DNA of 62,750 nt, the filler included, from Choristocarpus tenellus KU-1152 (Eukaryota > Protista > Phaeophyceae): the NCBI GenBank assembly GCA_964200185.2. It is 10 parts of 10 records of this genome, joined end to end, with 100 filler letters (N's around TTAATTAATTAA, not from the genome) between each part and the next. Parts side by side here need not be neighbours in the genome. Positions count along the whole stretch, not along the records: positions 1 to 12,004 come from CAXNAD020002028.1; positions 12,105 to 18,508 come from CAXNAD020008206.1; 8 more parts are not named here. One strand, written 5' to 3'. Positions 1 through 12,339 of this stretch are shown one piece after another. Positions within the stretch are counted from its first letter, which is position 1. Every line of letters begins with the position of its first letter. The notes under the pieces are model-generated. The model worked only from the letters and a program-made list of their open reading frames with translations. It had not been told where the DNA came from and ran no database searches. Made by a program: the position numbers and the translations under genes.

Positions 1-322
1 ATGACAGTTGCTCCCACAGCAAGGGGGTGGCTTTTGTTGCCTGCGTCGCCCCCTGTGTTGCCCCCTCACCAGCCCGCCAACAAAGATGCGCTGGAGCTTT
101 CTACCAATGATGCTCCAGCGACCGGCACCAAGCTTCAACGAGGATGGGCTCAACCCATCCCGGTCAATGAACAGGGTGACTGCTGCAAGCGCTTCGCCTG
201 TGTGAAGTAGTTCGCGGCAGATAGCCAGTCCTTCCTTGCACGCACGTTGGCCAAAGAGCAGGACATCATCCGGGCGTGTAAGAACCGCCGGGAGCGCAAG
301 CACTTCGTTGGTGACCGTGTAC

Positions 323-582
323 GATTGAAAGTATCTCAGAGGGTATGAGTTTTGCTCTTTTTGTCCATTCGGGGTTGGGCTTCCCATGGGTTATTTTATG
401 ACATTTTCCTACTCCACAACATTTAGGAGTAGGTAAAGGATTTATGTTATGAACAGGTGCGTCCGGAACATGGATGTTGACACTTCCTAACAAACACGAT
501 AGCCAAAAAGTATATAAAAATCGCATCATTGGATTTTGGGCCCCAAATGGACGCGGCTCTACTCTCTAAGATACATTAGCTC
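323..582. mobile_element. MITE family A copy 1
   Basis: TIRs GATTGAAAGTATCTCAGAGGGTA / TACTCTCTAAGATACATTAGCTC; perfect 4-bp TSD GTAC (319-322, 583-586); non-coding; homologous to five other copies. Confidence 0.92.
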
Positions 583-676
583 GTACCTGTCATTAAGTTG
601 GGACCTGGAGGCAGATCTATGCTCGCGGCCGGCATTCCCGTTTGTGCACAGTTTTTCAAAGCATCGTTCCGAATAT

Positions 677-934
677 GAGAGAAAATATCTTAGAGGGTAC
701 GAGTTTTGCCCTGTTTGTCTATTTGGGGCTTGGCTTCCCATGGGGTTTTTGAGATATTTTTCCTACTCTGAAATGTTTCGGAGTAGGTAATATGTATATG
801 TTATGAAATGGTGTGTCCGGAACAAGGATACTGACACTTCCTAACAAATACGACGGATAAATTACATGGAAATCGCAACATTGGATTTCGGCCCCCGAAT
901 GGACGCGGCCCTACCCTCTAAGATACTTTGACTC
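677..934. mobile_element. MITE family A copy 2
   Basis: GAGAGAAAATATCTTAGAGGGTAC ... TACCCTCTAAGATACTTTGACTC; perfect TSD ATAT (673-676, 935-938). Confidence 0.92.
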
Positions 935-1782
935 ATATCCAATCATGTCATTGACGCTTGCAAAGGTACACCTAACGCAAGAGCATCCTCCGGCCTGGAG
1001 ATGTGGGTTTGATGTATGTACACAGTGTTATTTGTACCCAGTATATTTTTCCCCCTGCTTGATGATTGAACAGTAGTCCTATCTCAGAACAATGTAATCT
1101 GACCGTACTCGCCACATTCAATTTGCAGTTACCACGCCTAGATGTCTGATATACAAAGTTAGAGATCCCTCCAGCTTGGAGTTATGTGTTACATATATAT
1201 GTACATACACGTGTGATATGTTTATTTATGCTTCAACAATATAACCTCATCCGGCCGTCCCTGCGCTGCTGCAGCAGTTACCACGTGTAAATACCTACAG
1301 AATTAGAGATCCGCTGCTGGCATACGATTCCTCTAGGATTCCATCCCCCGTCCCTTGTATCCACCTCCAACACAACTTCCATCCATTTATATACATACGT
1401 GCACTACTACAACAAGAACGGCACGAATAAAGATAAGGACATGGCTCTGAAGCAAGACCTGGTGATGTCCTGGATAGACAACTGGGCGGATACATACGGG
1501 CAGTTCATGCCTCACAAGTCCGCAATTGTGATCTACGCCGCGAATAAAGAGGTAGGTTTTGCCCTTGGTTGTGGAGAGGTTGGCCTCACCCTGTGTTGGA
1601 GTTAGTTACAAACCGTGTGACCCAGCAGTACGTAGAAGAAGTGGATCGAAGTAGTATTTTGAGTGGTGGGTGTTTATTACTTTGACCGGTCTGAGATTAT
1701 GGAAAAAATGTAAAGATTCGTACGAAGTGCTATTTTTTTCGTTTGCTATGTCGAGACTACAATGGTGATGATGATACTCTTC

Positions 1783-2041
1783 GAGTCAGAGTATCTTAGA
1801 GGGTACGGCCGCGTCCAAATGGGGGTCAAAACCCAATGTTTCGATTTTGATGTAATTTTGGCTATAGTGTTTGTTAGGAAGTGTCAATATCCTTGCTCCG
1901 GATACACCTTTTCATAACTTATACATTTTACCTATTCCGAAACATTTCGGAGTAGGAAAATGTCATTAAGAAACCCGTGGGAAGTCAAGCCCCAACCGGA
2001 CAAACAGGGCGAAACACGTACCCTCTAAGATACTTTCACTC
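1783..2041. mobile_element. MITE family A copy 3 (opposite orientation to copies 1, 2, 4)
   Basis: GAGTCAGAGTATCTTAGAGGGTAC ... GTACCCTCTAAGATACTTTCACTC; flanks CTTC/GTCA do not form a TSD. Confidence 0.9.
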
Positions 2042-2269
2042 GTCATCCCCCAGGGAGATAGATTTCTTCATTTCTGGACATCGATAAGGATATATTTTTT
2101 ATTTTTTTATTTTTCCATTCATGTGTACAAGGCATTCGAGAACAGGACGGTTACTGCAATATACACTGAATAGCGAAATGATACCTTACCTACACTACCA
2201 ACCCAGATGCTTGGGAGCATACGGCTAAAAATGTAATACCATGCTTACATGCACCCACCTTCATTCCAG

Positions 2270-5200
2270 TAAGTCCAAGGTCCGTGAAGATGCTCTCCTC
2301 CATAGCATCTCTAGGATCCAAGAAGACTCCATGCTTCATACAGTTACCACTGATGAGCATACAGAGTTGCTGCAGTCCGGAGTGCTACCTGTGCCCCAGC
2401 CCTCTGCTGTACCCCCTGCCCCAGAGCTTTATGCTCGGTCACACCGTACCATCACCATCTTGCCTCGCCCCTTTTCCCTTTTCCCTCGTGCCCCTATCCG
2501 GGCTCGGGATGAGATGGCGGGGATGGTGGAAACAATGGAAGCTCACAAGAATGGTACCACTGGGCAAAGGAGTAAGGAGATAAAGTCGCCTAAGGTGGCA
2601 AAGGTCAGACTGGCTGCTTGAAATGGAACCACATGAGCATTATTATTGAACATGTATGATTTTGGAGCATATGTGGGCATGTGTGTGTGTGTGTCATAGT
2701 GATTTGGTGAAAATGCAGGGATGTGAAAATGTGGATGGTTTGTGTGAGGGTTGGTGGGTGTCCGATAGCAGAGCTTAAGGGAGTGGCTTATTCATAATAC
2801 ACTGAGTTTAAAGTTAGCATCTACAGTTCATGGAAAGGTTCTGCCTAATGTCGTTTTAAGATCATTTTTTTTGTCATTATTCAAAATAATACTCTACTGA
2901 AGAGAGGGGCAAGATACAAACAGGCACACAAGGTTGGTCCTCTACTATTTTGTTACCCTTGGGTCTGGATTGTACCCCACCTAACCTGCAGGTATGCGTA
3001 TACGGCAAGCCAGAGGGTGCTGGGACCGCTGTATCACTCAATAATACTGACTACCCTGGACTGGGAGTTCCCGTTCCCTACGATGATACAACAGGGTGTT
3101 GTAGTCCTGTGACAATCAGAAACCTTTCTCCGGGGGACACTTTTGTGAGTTCCTCTCTCACAGGCTTGGTTGGGGAGTTAAACAGGTGGAAAAGGGGAGT
3201 TGAAATCGAGCTGAAGGCAAGACCAAGAGAGGGTAAGGAATAGGGGGAGTTTGTTATATTCCTGTAGGAGCAGTGCTTCTAGCCATTTCGTGCAGAGGGA
3301 GTTGACTAAAGGGGGTTTGTGCTACTGAATTGGCCAAACACAATTGCTCAGTATATATCAGCCAGTAGAATATGGGGCACGATTAATGCCATAGAGCAAT
3401 CTATTTCGAATACGATGGGGCGCTGAAAGGTCCTGTCAATTGTGCCAAAATGAGTTCCAATATTCTCCTCCCTGTCTCGACAGCTTCCTTTCCAAAATCT
3501 AATTTTGAATCTTGCTACTTTCCACCTCAATCCCGACAATACGACCTACCTCAACCAAAGGTATTTGCTGTAGCTGCCTTTGACAACTACGGGAAACCAA
3601 TAGGAGGCAGCATTGGGCAAACAAGTCTGCCAATCGAGGCCCTCAACCCATTGCCTCTTCCTCTTTGCTGGGCATATGTGTCACGAATAGCTGTGGGGCT
3701 GGGACACTTGTCCCTTGCCGGACAGGTTGGTTGCGAGCACTAATACACCAACTAAGGCACTGGGCGAGACATGAGAGTTCTGCTCAAGAGCAACATTCTG
3801 TCGTTAGCCCTGTACGGGAGTTTATTCAGAGGCCAGCTGTGTATTGTCCCTTGGTCGAGATCCACAATGATATGTCGACACTCCTCACATGCTCCAGGGC
3901 GGTTAACCTCTCTTTACTTCATCCATTGAATATCCGACAACCCCTCTCAAAGCAATACCCCAGATAAAACAGCAGGAGGTATCTTTCATCTCTTGATTGC
4001 ATCTGATAGCAGAGAAGCAACTAGTACAGCAAATCATGAACTCAGGAAGGGCAGGGCAAGGCAGGAGAGAAATGCAAACCAAGAGCATTCAGAAACTTTG
4101 CTTTATCTGTTAGTAGGGATAGATGGCCCATTATATTGTCACCTTCAATTCCTTTACAATTGACTTCCCTCAATCTCTATCAAGCTCATAGCCCATATCC
4201 CCTCCACTCCCATCTTCCAATTTAGATGTCCCTGAAATGTTGCACTACCACTCAAGTGTTCTCCCTCTATGACCTTTACTAGGCGGCAACATTCGTTTAC
4301 AATGAGCTTGTGTCACTGAAAAGCCAACGCCTCGAGGAAGATCTCTCAAGAGGATGGATGGCCAACCCCCTCAATGGACATGCACTGCGCCCTTCAGTAC
4401 TGGACCGATGTACTCCTGCAATACTTCAGGCAATGCTGATATATCTAGAATGTTGAATCTGAAGGAGTGAAATGATGCTCCACAACCAACGACTATTCCC
4501 TCCATTCTGCTCTTTGCATAACATCAATCCGGTAGCGCGTACTTTGACTTAGACTATTTTAATCTTCATTAGATAATCACTGTTCATGGGAACTAGAGAG
4601 AATAAGTGCTCGACTCAAGTTAAAATACTCTTCTCACCTGGTACATTCTGCTTCACCAAAACCAGTCATCAACAAGCGTAACTGCAACATGCTTCGTACC
4701 AAATACAGGCATTTGTCCAAGCAGCATTCATATGCGTTGATACTGCAGATGTAGAGGCCATCCAGAGCATATGCCTAAAGCCTGGTACTACACAGGTGGA
4801 TGAGCAGGTAAATTATACTTGGTTGACTCGTTTTAAGCTTATGGTCAAGTCCTTCCCATTGTGTGTACCAAGGGCATGCTGTGATACTCAAAACTGTTAC
4901 ATTGCCAATTCCAGTGTACTGTTGTGCCCAAACCCAGAATACTGGAGCCTTGTGAACGAAAGTATCTTAGGGGGTACGAGTTTTGCTCTTTTTGTCCATT
5001 TGGGGCTTGGCTTCCCATGGGTTCTTTTATGACATTTTCCTACTCCAAAATGTTTAGAAGTAGGTAAAATGCATGCATTATGAAAAGGTGTGTCCGGAAC
5101 AAGGATATTGACACTTCCTAACAAGCACAATAGCCAAAATTACAATCAAAATCGCAACATTGGATTTTGACCCACAAATGGACGCGGCTCTACCCTTTAA

Positions 5201-8200
5201 GTTACTTTGGTTCTTGTGCTGCAACTGCACAAATTCTGTGTACCCTGCTAGATCATTCGAAGAGTGTTTCGCCTAGGGAGAAATACATTTTCTTGCCAGA
5301 TAACCCTTACTATGATCTACTTTCAACCCCCCAAATAAAACATTATTTTGTCTGGAACACATTATTTACTCCCCTGTCCCATCTCACCAATATATCCGGT
5401 ATGGTATAGGTCTGTACCCTGTCCAGCCTAAAGCGTGTCACCTTGGCTTGTGAGGTATCAGTCATCCTACAGGATTGGGACCTGGTCAAGCATGGCGTGT
5501 GGCGTGCCTTCCATCTTCTCCTTCCTTTCCTCAAGATCACTTCTCTGGGGAAAATCCTGTTTCAGGTGTTGCATATCTATCCCCATTCTTCAACTCTGTA
5601 CATGTTTACAACTCATGTTGGATGAGGAAAAATCAATTAGTGTTACTCAGGTCACCGTATGACATGCATCAATTGATGCAGCCAGTGGCAGGGATGCCCC
5701 TTCGTAAATGAATTTCTTTATGACCACGACACATCCATTTTTTTCCAACCCCTGCCCACATGAAAGGAACTTCAGAGTATTTGAACCTCATCTCATCCCC
5801 AAGTAGCTACAGTCACACAGAGAGACAGCATACCTACTGATAATCCTTACCACTAGCTAGCCCATTAAAAATACTTTTCAAGTGTACATTCTAGCATATG
5901 TTCAAACTGGGTTTGAAAAAACAATAAAGCAATTTTGTGTACTCAGTTTTCTCTCACACCTAAAGGGACATGCCCTATTTGTGGCATATCCCTATTTCGT
6001 ATTTAGCTCAATCTGGGATTTAGCTCAATGTTCCACAATTGCACATTATGATCCTGTGGCAAACAACATCATCTATGAAGCCCCCTCCTAACACCTCAAA
6101 TGCATTAGCCCCTATCATGACAAAAAACACATGGATACACACACATAATAGTGCATCAACAATATTCAGGTTTTTAGATCATTCCACATGCAAGCAAGAG
6201 CGCCCCATCACTCTCACCTGATCCATGTTTGTGTGTAGTCAGGCCCTCTCTTGGTATTATATGTCTCGGATGCTTCCTCCCGCATCAGATATCTGGAGTA
6301 ATATACTTCAACAATCTGATCCATTCCGTGTATCCTACCAGCCTGCCAGTTGCTCACTGATGTGCTACTCCTTGCCAGGTGCTAAGCGTCTTGCACCAGT
6401 GTCTGAGTGTGACTTCACGGGAAGACTGGGATGACTCAACCAAGATTTTATTCTCCAGTATTTCATTCCAGGCGAGGCTTCTTGTAGTAAGCCAAGACTT
6501 CATTTTCATCTCTCCTGCTTTAGAGTATAGTGAGTTTAGAAAATACAATCATTTCCATGTTTATATGGGATTCCCTATCAACACAGACCCTTACTCCACC
6601 GCACGCTATACTTTGAAGCTAACGAGTGTATTGATTTGGACACAGTTACTGGACAGTTTGAGACCAACCGTAAGAATGGAAACGGAGAACCAAAAGCAGA
6701 AGCCGTAGCTTCAATGTCATGACATATTAGGGTGGATGGCATGATCTGTAGATCACAGTGTGGTTGTCTAGTATATACTGCGACCTCCTTGTTTCATGGC
6801 CTCCATTTCAAGAACGAAATTTGGCCTGTGCTCTGAGTTTTCCGTTATTCGTACACATTTGCTAATACCTCGATGGATTTGTGTCAGGAAAGTGTCATCT
6901 GGACAACAACCAAGTGCTCTGGAGTACCTATGTGCTGAACACTTGATCTTATTAACCTTATGCACTTAGTTGTACAGCTCATTGCGCTTAGAAATTGTAG
7001 ATGTTGGCATATCAATTGCCAGAATGAAAAACAATGGTATATGGGAAAAGGTGAAAGTGCCACCGAGTGGATCTACACTGAGCGTACTATACTAAGTTCT
7101 ATTTCACCTATTCCTTGAGTTTTGACGATTTCACCCATCTACACATTGGACTCTTCCCTCCTTCAGTTTGTGCAATCAAAATGCGATGTACCTGTGGGAC
7201 ATTCTGTGGGTGTAAGAAGGCCATGAGGGAATAGATATATGACGACTCTTGTAGGTACCAATATCTGACATCACTTCCCATACTAACAATGCTTGCCTCC
7301 CTTGTACAATAGATTACCCTCAAGGGAAGAGAGATAAGAGAGACTGCAGCTGCCCAGGCTATACTGCTGGAAAATTCTCATGGCCTAGACTTTGCCAAGG
7401 CCAGCACTAATTTCTATCAGGTGAGACTGGAAACCTTTTCTCAATCGAATGAGAAGTGTCCAAGTGAGAAAATAGTTGGGAAAGGGGAGGATGTTTGGCT
7501 GTTTTTGAAGTAATGAGTACAGAATGCCCCACATTCCAGGTTAAAGATACTTCCATATCCTTGATTGTTGGGATGGTCTACCCGAAACGCTCTCGGGGGT
7601 AGTCTTGTAAGAAGTTTGGAGTTGCAACAAACATATCTATAGTCGTTTTGCAATCATGCCCTACAAGTTGAGATTCAGTATCTAGCCCCCATAGCATAAT
7701 GGCAAATGATGTGATAAAATGTACACCCCTACAAATTTGTACTTGTTTTACGGAGACTGGAGTAATACTTGAGGGTTAATCAGACAATCTGTTCAGGCTA
7801 CCATTGAAAACATTTCAACGAGACTACTTATCACCACCAAAGATCACTCACTCCCACAGAAGTTGTGCATCTACAGCAGGAGGAGGAAAAATAAATCAAG
7901 CTGCATAGTTGCCGACCACCTAATACTAGTATTAGTCTGTGACTTCTCGGACTTGTGGAAGTGAGTGAGGTAGCTTTCCCAACACACCTATTGTCTAATT
8001 CAACACCTCGTGCTTTGACAGCTGCCTGCAGAGTATGGTGTAGTGGCTTTATGGTGACAGCACTAAGTTGCTGTTGGGACGCCTTGTGTATTCAATTAAG
8101 ATGTACTACACCCATATGCACATGCTGACAGTCTCTTTAACAAGGCAGCATTCTGACTTGTCAATGCGATGTCCCTATTGAACACAAGCCCTTTAAACAA

Positions 8201-11200
8201 TACACTTACATACTGAAAAGAATGTCTGCCATCTGCATACCCATGCAAAACTGACTCCTCCTTGCACCTAATTTTTTTCAACTGGGTCCACCTAATTGTC
8301 TTGGCGTTGGACAGGACAATGATGAGGAATTGCCTCAGCAGCGGGGGCTATTTGAAGTCTGGATGGCCTTGCCTGAGTATGGCACTGTCCATGGTTCATC
8401 ACTGCTTCTGAGAGCACTAGCTGTAGCACATCATGCCAAAGTGAGCGAAGATGGTGACAAGAGCAGCGTGGATGAGAAAAACCAGGACAGTAATCCAGCT
8501 TCCACAGCACTGGCTTCCCCCTTGGAGGTGAACAGATGATGACCTTAGCCATGACAATTTCGCCATAATCACACTTATCCAGGTAGCTCATAAATATCTC
8601 GTCCCTATTTCAGTGGACTTGTAATAGAATGCTTTACAGATGAGTAGAAAAAAAGAGAAAAAACTGTGTTCTTCAGAGGTGTTCCTGCACCATGAGAAAC
8701 CTTGTCAAAACAGTATCCTAGCAAAGCCGATACTGAAGAAGTGCTGTATGACACACCATTGAATTGCTTTGACAAGAAGTGGAATGTATTCACTGAAGCG
8801 AATGGCTTTTTCATTGCATAAAATGCAGTGATCAGAAGAAAACAGATATCAAGCCACCCCTGACCCTTTTCAAGCATTTCCCCGTTGACTATATTCCTCT
8901 CCCATTTCCACTCGAAGATAAATTGGTGAGTGGATTGTTTCATTGCAGGTGATATTATTTGGGCAATCTGCTCACCCCGTTGCACAAGGCCTACTATACC
9001 TCTCAGTACCTTCATTTCCTTCCAGACCCTTCACTTCAAACCTTGAGTACAAGGCCTTCACGGACACAACCTCTCCTCAAACCCCCCTCCTTTCAATCAG
9101 TCAAGAAAGAGTCAAAGTATCTTAGAGGGAAGAGCGACGTTCGTTTGGGGGTCAAAACCCAATGTTACGATATTGATGTAATTTTAATTATCATGTTTTG
9201 TTAGGAAATGTCAATATCCTTCTTCGAACACACCTGTTAACATTTTATCTACTCCGAAATTTTTGGAGTAAATTTCGGAGTAGATAAAATGTCATAAAAA
9301 AAACCCGTGAGAAGCCAAGCCCCAAACGGACAAACAGGGCAAAACTCGTGCACTCTAAGATACTTTCACTCTGAGTCAATCTTCCCCCCCCCTCCCCCTC
9401 CCTACACAGGTTTTACTCAGAAGTACCCTACATTAGTCTGCCTATCACCTACTGCTAGCAATTGCTCGTATACCCATGCATTGCTGTGAACCAATATTGC
9501 AGATCAGAAAGGATGCTCACCCTTCTGGTATGCAAGTATCAAGCACAAGCTGTGTTTCCCTCATCAATCCGTTTTGTGTCCATCAACCTTCCCTCTTTAT
9601 GGGGTCCCAAATCTATCCATATCTCAGGCAATTGAACGTGTGATTTCAGTTGCCCACCGTGATCCTCAGACGGCATGGAACTTGCTCAGGGATGAGTTCT
9701 CCGAACATCCTTCCAGAGCATGGCTTGTGTGCACCACTTGTAGGGCTGCCCTTAAACTGGGACTTGCAAGCGAGGTTTGAGAAGATGGTGACACTAGTGC
9801 CCTTTCTTTTTTGCCCTCAATACCCACTCATCCGCCTCAGACCCAGTTCTTGACCACTCCCTGATTATCTCAGGGAAATAAACAACCAATAGTCAGTAAT
9901 TACGTACAGTCAACCCCGGCTCTCATTTTTGAGGATTCAATGGGTTGAATTATAGAATGTGTTCTAAGGTGTTTTTTCATTTCCCTATTGCTGTGCATGC
10001 ATGTTTGCGCCTGAAATGTATTTTATCCACCCATAGGCTATCTCTTGGCGTCCTCTGACTAGATATTTTGTTCCAACTTGGCCACTACTTTTTCTGATGC
10101 AGGTTATTTCATGGGAGTAGCGGATTTCTCCGAATGAAATATTGTGGTCAATCTCATACGTTCCACTGCTGGACCAAAAATGTTTACAAACTTCTTTCTT
10201 GACAAGTGTTTCGGTGTATGAATTCCAACGTATATCGAAGCTGATAGGGTCCTTGTCAGGAAAAATGACTGCTGAAGACTTTGATGCAAGAATCCAATTT
10301 GAGATCTAAAACATGGCGAAGGAAACAGTACATGGCAAGCATTGGAAAGTATACCTGACAAGTACCAGAACAAAAAAGTACAGTAGCCTACCTTAAGTTG
10401 TTGCGCACCCTAGCAACCAAAGCACTAGCCTGAGACCCGATGTAGTCTCAAACAAAGATGATGTTACGATGTGAGTGTTAAGCTCTACCTCCTTTCTCCT
10501 CTGCTGGAATCATTATATATTGGGGATCGACCCAGTGCAGGTGATTACTTGGTTGGATTCTGAGTGGTCTCATGAAAAATCTGACAAGGAAACCCCTTCA
10601 GATAAAGCTGACCTCACACAGGTCAACCTATATCAAAGGGGCGAGCTGGAGTCACTCTGCATGAAGGTGTGAGAAGCTTAGCCCTTGAGTATACATCTTC
10701 TCCACAAAGACAGCTAGGCACACAAGGGAGTCCTCACAAATTTCTATAAAGTAGATTGCAAGCCTTCCCTCCACCAAGATTCTAGAAACATTGAGGCCAT
10801 ATACAATTGTTGGAAAATTTTGAGTAGCACCATGTCATGATATGCACATTAGGTAGTCAGGGTGCTGACTGTGCTGGAGTTTGGTCAAAATAAGTAAATG
10901 ATCAACTTGAGGGAGTAGGGAGGTTGCACTGCCGATGAATCCCATTGACTCAATGAAAAAAAAGTAGTTATATCGGTGTAAATGCTACTTGTACTATAAC
11001 AACTTGTGAAGCTCCAACAATTAAATTGCTAGCATTCAAAATGAACTGGAGGTCTCTTACTATATTTGAAATGTTAATAACAACAAAATCTGAATATGGG
11101 GCCTACTGCATTGGATGAAAAGGGCACTAGGGTCAGCACTAAATATGTTAAAAGTGTTTTTTTACCTGCTCCTTGTATTCAAAAGAGCTCCAAAATGGAA

Positions 11201-11607
11201 AATACTACGCAACAAAAATCAATAGCATGGGTATCACCTTCTCTCCCACAATGATCGCATGATAATCATCCTTCCCCTACTTGGACCATCTCATCCCCTT
11301 CTCAAGGGAGAGGTCAGTATAATTAGCAAAACGTAGGATGACAATGTTGCCTTGGGATAAATCTAAATCAGATAAGACTGATCAAACCCTCTTCCAGGTA
11401 TTGACACTCGAAGGCACCATTTGCACCCTCTCATATCTGGGCCCAGTGGGGACCTCAATGGCTGGTAGTGAAAAGGAACCAAGGGGTGAAGGAGGAGCAA
11501 CAGGAAACGGAGAGAGTGTTGAGAAGGGAGAGGAAGAAGGCGAAGTTAAGATTGAAAATGGCAGAAGGGAGGCAGAGCAAGATCTATCTCGGGTGTACAG
11601 CATGCAG
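2270..11607 (+). CDS. CFAP54: Cilia- and flagella-associated protein 54-like, internal exons only (partial at both ends)
   Basis: AG-flanked exons that splice in frame: 2270-2603, 2992-3144, 3561-3725, 4283-4429, 4709-4807, 5410-5565, 6379-6471/6486, 7313-7420, 8315-8527, 9628-9774, 10541-10666, 11398-11607. Peptides VPPAPELYARSHRTITILPRPF, VYGKPEGAGTAVSLNNTDYPGLG and FVFAVAAFDNYGKPIGGSIGQTSLPIEALNPLPLPLCWAY match my recollection of the conserved central CFAP54 block. Exons after ~7300 are supported only by splice sites and frame. Confidence 0.78.
4954..5213. mobile_element. MITE family A copy 4 (in a CFAP54 intron)
   Basis: GAACGAAAGTATCTTAGGGGGTAC ... TACCCTTTAAGTTACTTTGGTTC; perfect TSD TTGT (4950-4953, 5214-5217). 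Confidence 0.92.
9109..9371. mobile_element. MITE family A copy 5 (in a CFAP54 intron; more diverged)
   Basis: GAGTCAAAGTATCTTAGAGGG ... CACTCTAAGATACTTTCACTC; internal indels; no TSD visible. Confidence 0.88.
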
Positions 11608-11983
11608 GTGGTTCGATTTTTTCCAAGTATGTACCGCAAACAAAGACTCACCACCAGCATTAATTTTCACTTGTAGGCACTACCAAGAAGTCAGTAAATA
11701 CTGTGCATGCATAAGAATAAACTTCAAATGTTCTTCTAAATTGTGTTGATTAAGGAGTACTTCAAATATGTTTATTGTGTGTCCAATGTTACCATAGAGC
11801 AAAGAGTGTGTTGTTGCAGTTGTGGTGATCGACAACATGAACATTATTAGCTCGTAGTACATGCCATCATACTTTCTCAAGTTTTCTCTGTCCATATGAT
11901 AGCCTAATATGATACCTCTTGGAATTCCCATGCAGTCTCTTGTGGAACTGTTCAGATTAAATTTAGTGTACCAGATGAAAAAT

Positions 11984-12004
11984 GGCTCAAAGTATCTGGG
12001 GGGG
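11984..12004. mobile_element. MITE family B terminus at contig end
   Basis: GGCTCAAAGTATCTGGGGGGG followed directly by the spacer. Confidence 0.75.
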
Positions 12005-12104
12005 NNNNNNNNNNNNNNNNNNNNNNNNNNNNNNNNNNNNNNNNNNNNTTAATTAATTAANNNNNNNNNNNNNNNNNNNNNNNNNNNNNNNNNNNNNNNN
12101 NNNN
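12005..12104. other. Artificial contig-joining spacer. Others at 18509-18608, 24227-24326, 28377-28476, 37085-37184, 39986-40085, 48237-48336, 50978-51077, 54136-54235
   Basis: Identical 44N-TTAATTAATTAA-44N block; the 12-mer gives stop codons in all six frames. Confidence 0.97.
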
Positions 12105-12159
12105 CAAACGACTCCCCACTCATTTTCATACCCCCCCCCCGCTCGGTTGGGGGAAGTGT

Positions 12160-12332
12160 GGGGGGGGGGGGGGGGGGGGGGTGGCTGTCCATTTGGGGTA
12201 CATTTTTTCATGTTGCGATTTTTGTGTGATTTGGTTGCATACATTGGATGGATATGTAAGTGCACTTTTCCTGGTTTTGGTCCAAATGGACACTCTGGTG
12301 TAGACCCTCCCGCCCCCCAGATACTTTAGGTC
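12160..12332. mobile_element. MITE family B, near-complete copy at contig start
   Basis: Poly-G, GGCTGTCCATTTGGGG ... CCAAATGGACAC.. CCCCCCAGATACTTTAGGTC; reverse complement of the copies at 34732 and 48848. Confidence 0.85.
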
Positions 12333-12339
12333 AGTTTTC

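Larger units (their letters stand above)
1..1551 (+). pseudogene. Decayed, intron-containing DNA-transposon transposase (Sola-like), N-terminal part, interrupted by two MITEs
   Basis: Frame 1 reads ..GDCCKRFACVK*FAADSQSF..RERKHFVGDRV. After removing MITEs 323-582 and 677-934 with one TSD each it continues in frame PVIKLGPGGRSMLAAGIPVCAQFFKASFRISNHVIDACKG. A later exon (~1399-1551) reads LVMSWIDNWADTYGQFMPHKSAIV. The CC..C, VC..FF...F.IS and W...(Y/W)....G..MP patterns resemble Sola-type transposases. Catalytic DDD region not seen. Confidence 0.55.

Noticed and set aside
266-790. Similar short ORFs at 266-529, 536-790, 4796-5130, 55506-55808, 12053-12371, 48907-49233 and 50740-50931 as a peptide family
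   Set aside because: They are chance translations of MITE copies; frames and stops are not conserved between copies.
6225-6434. 6243-6378 (ALSWYYMSRML...) as a CFAP54 exon
   Set aside because: It would end in phase 1 and break the frame. The exon starting at 6379 fits phase 0 and looks more protein-like.
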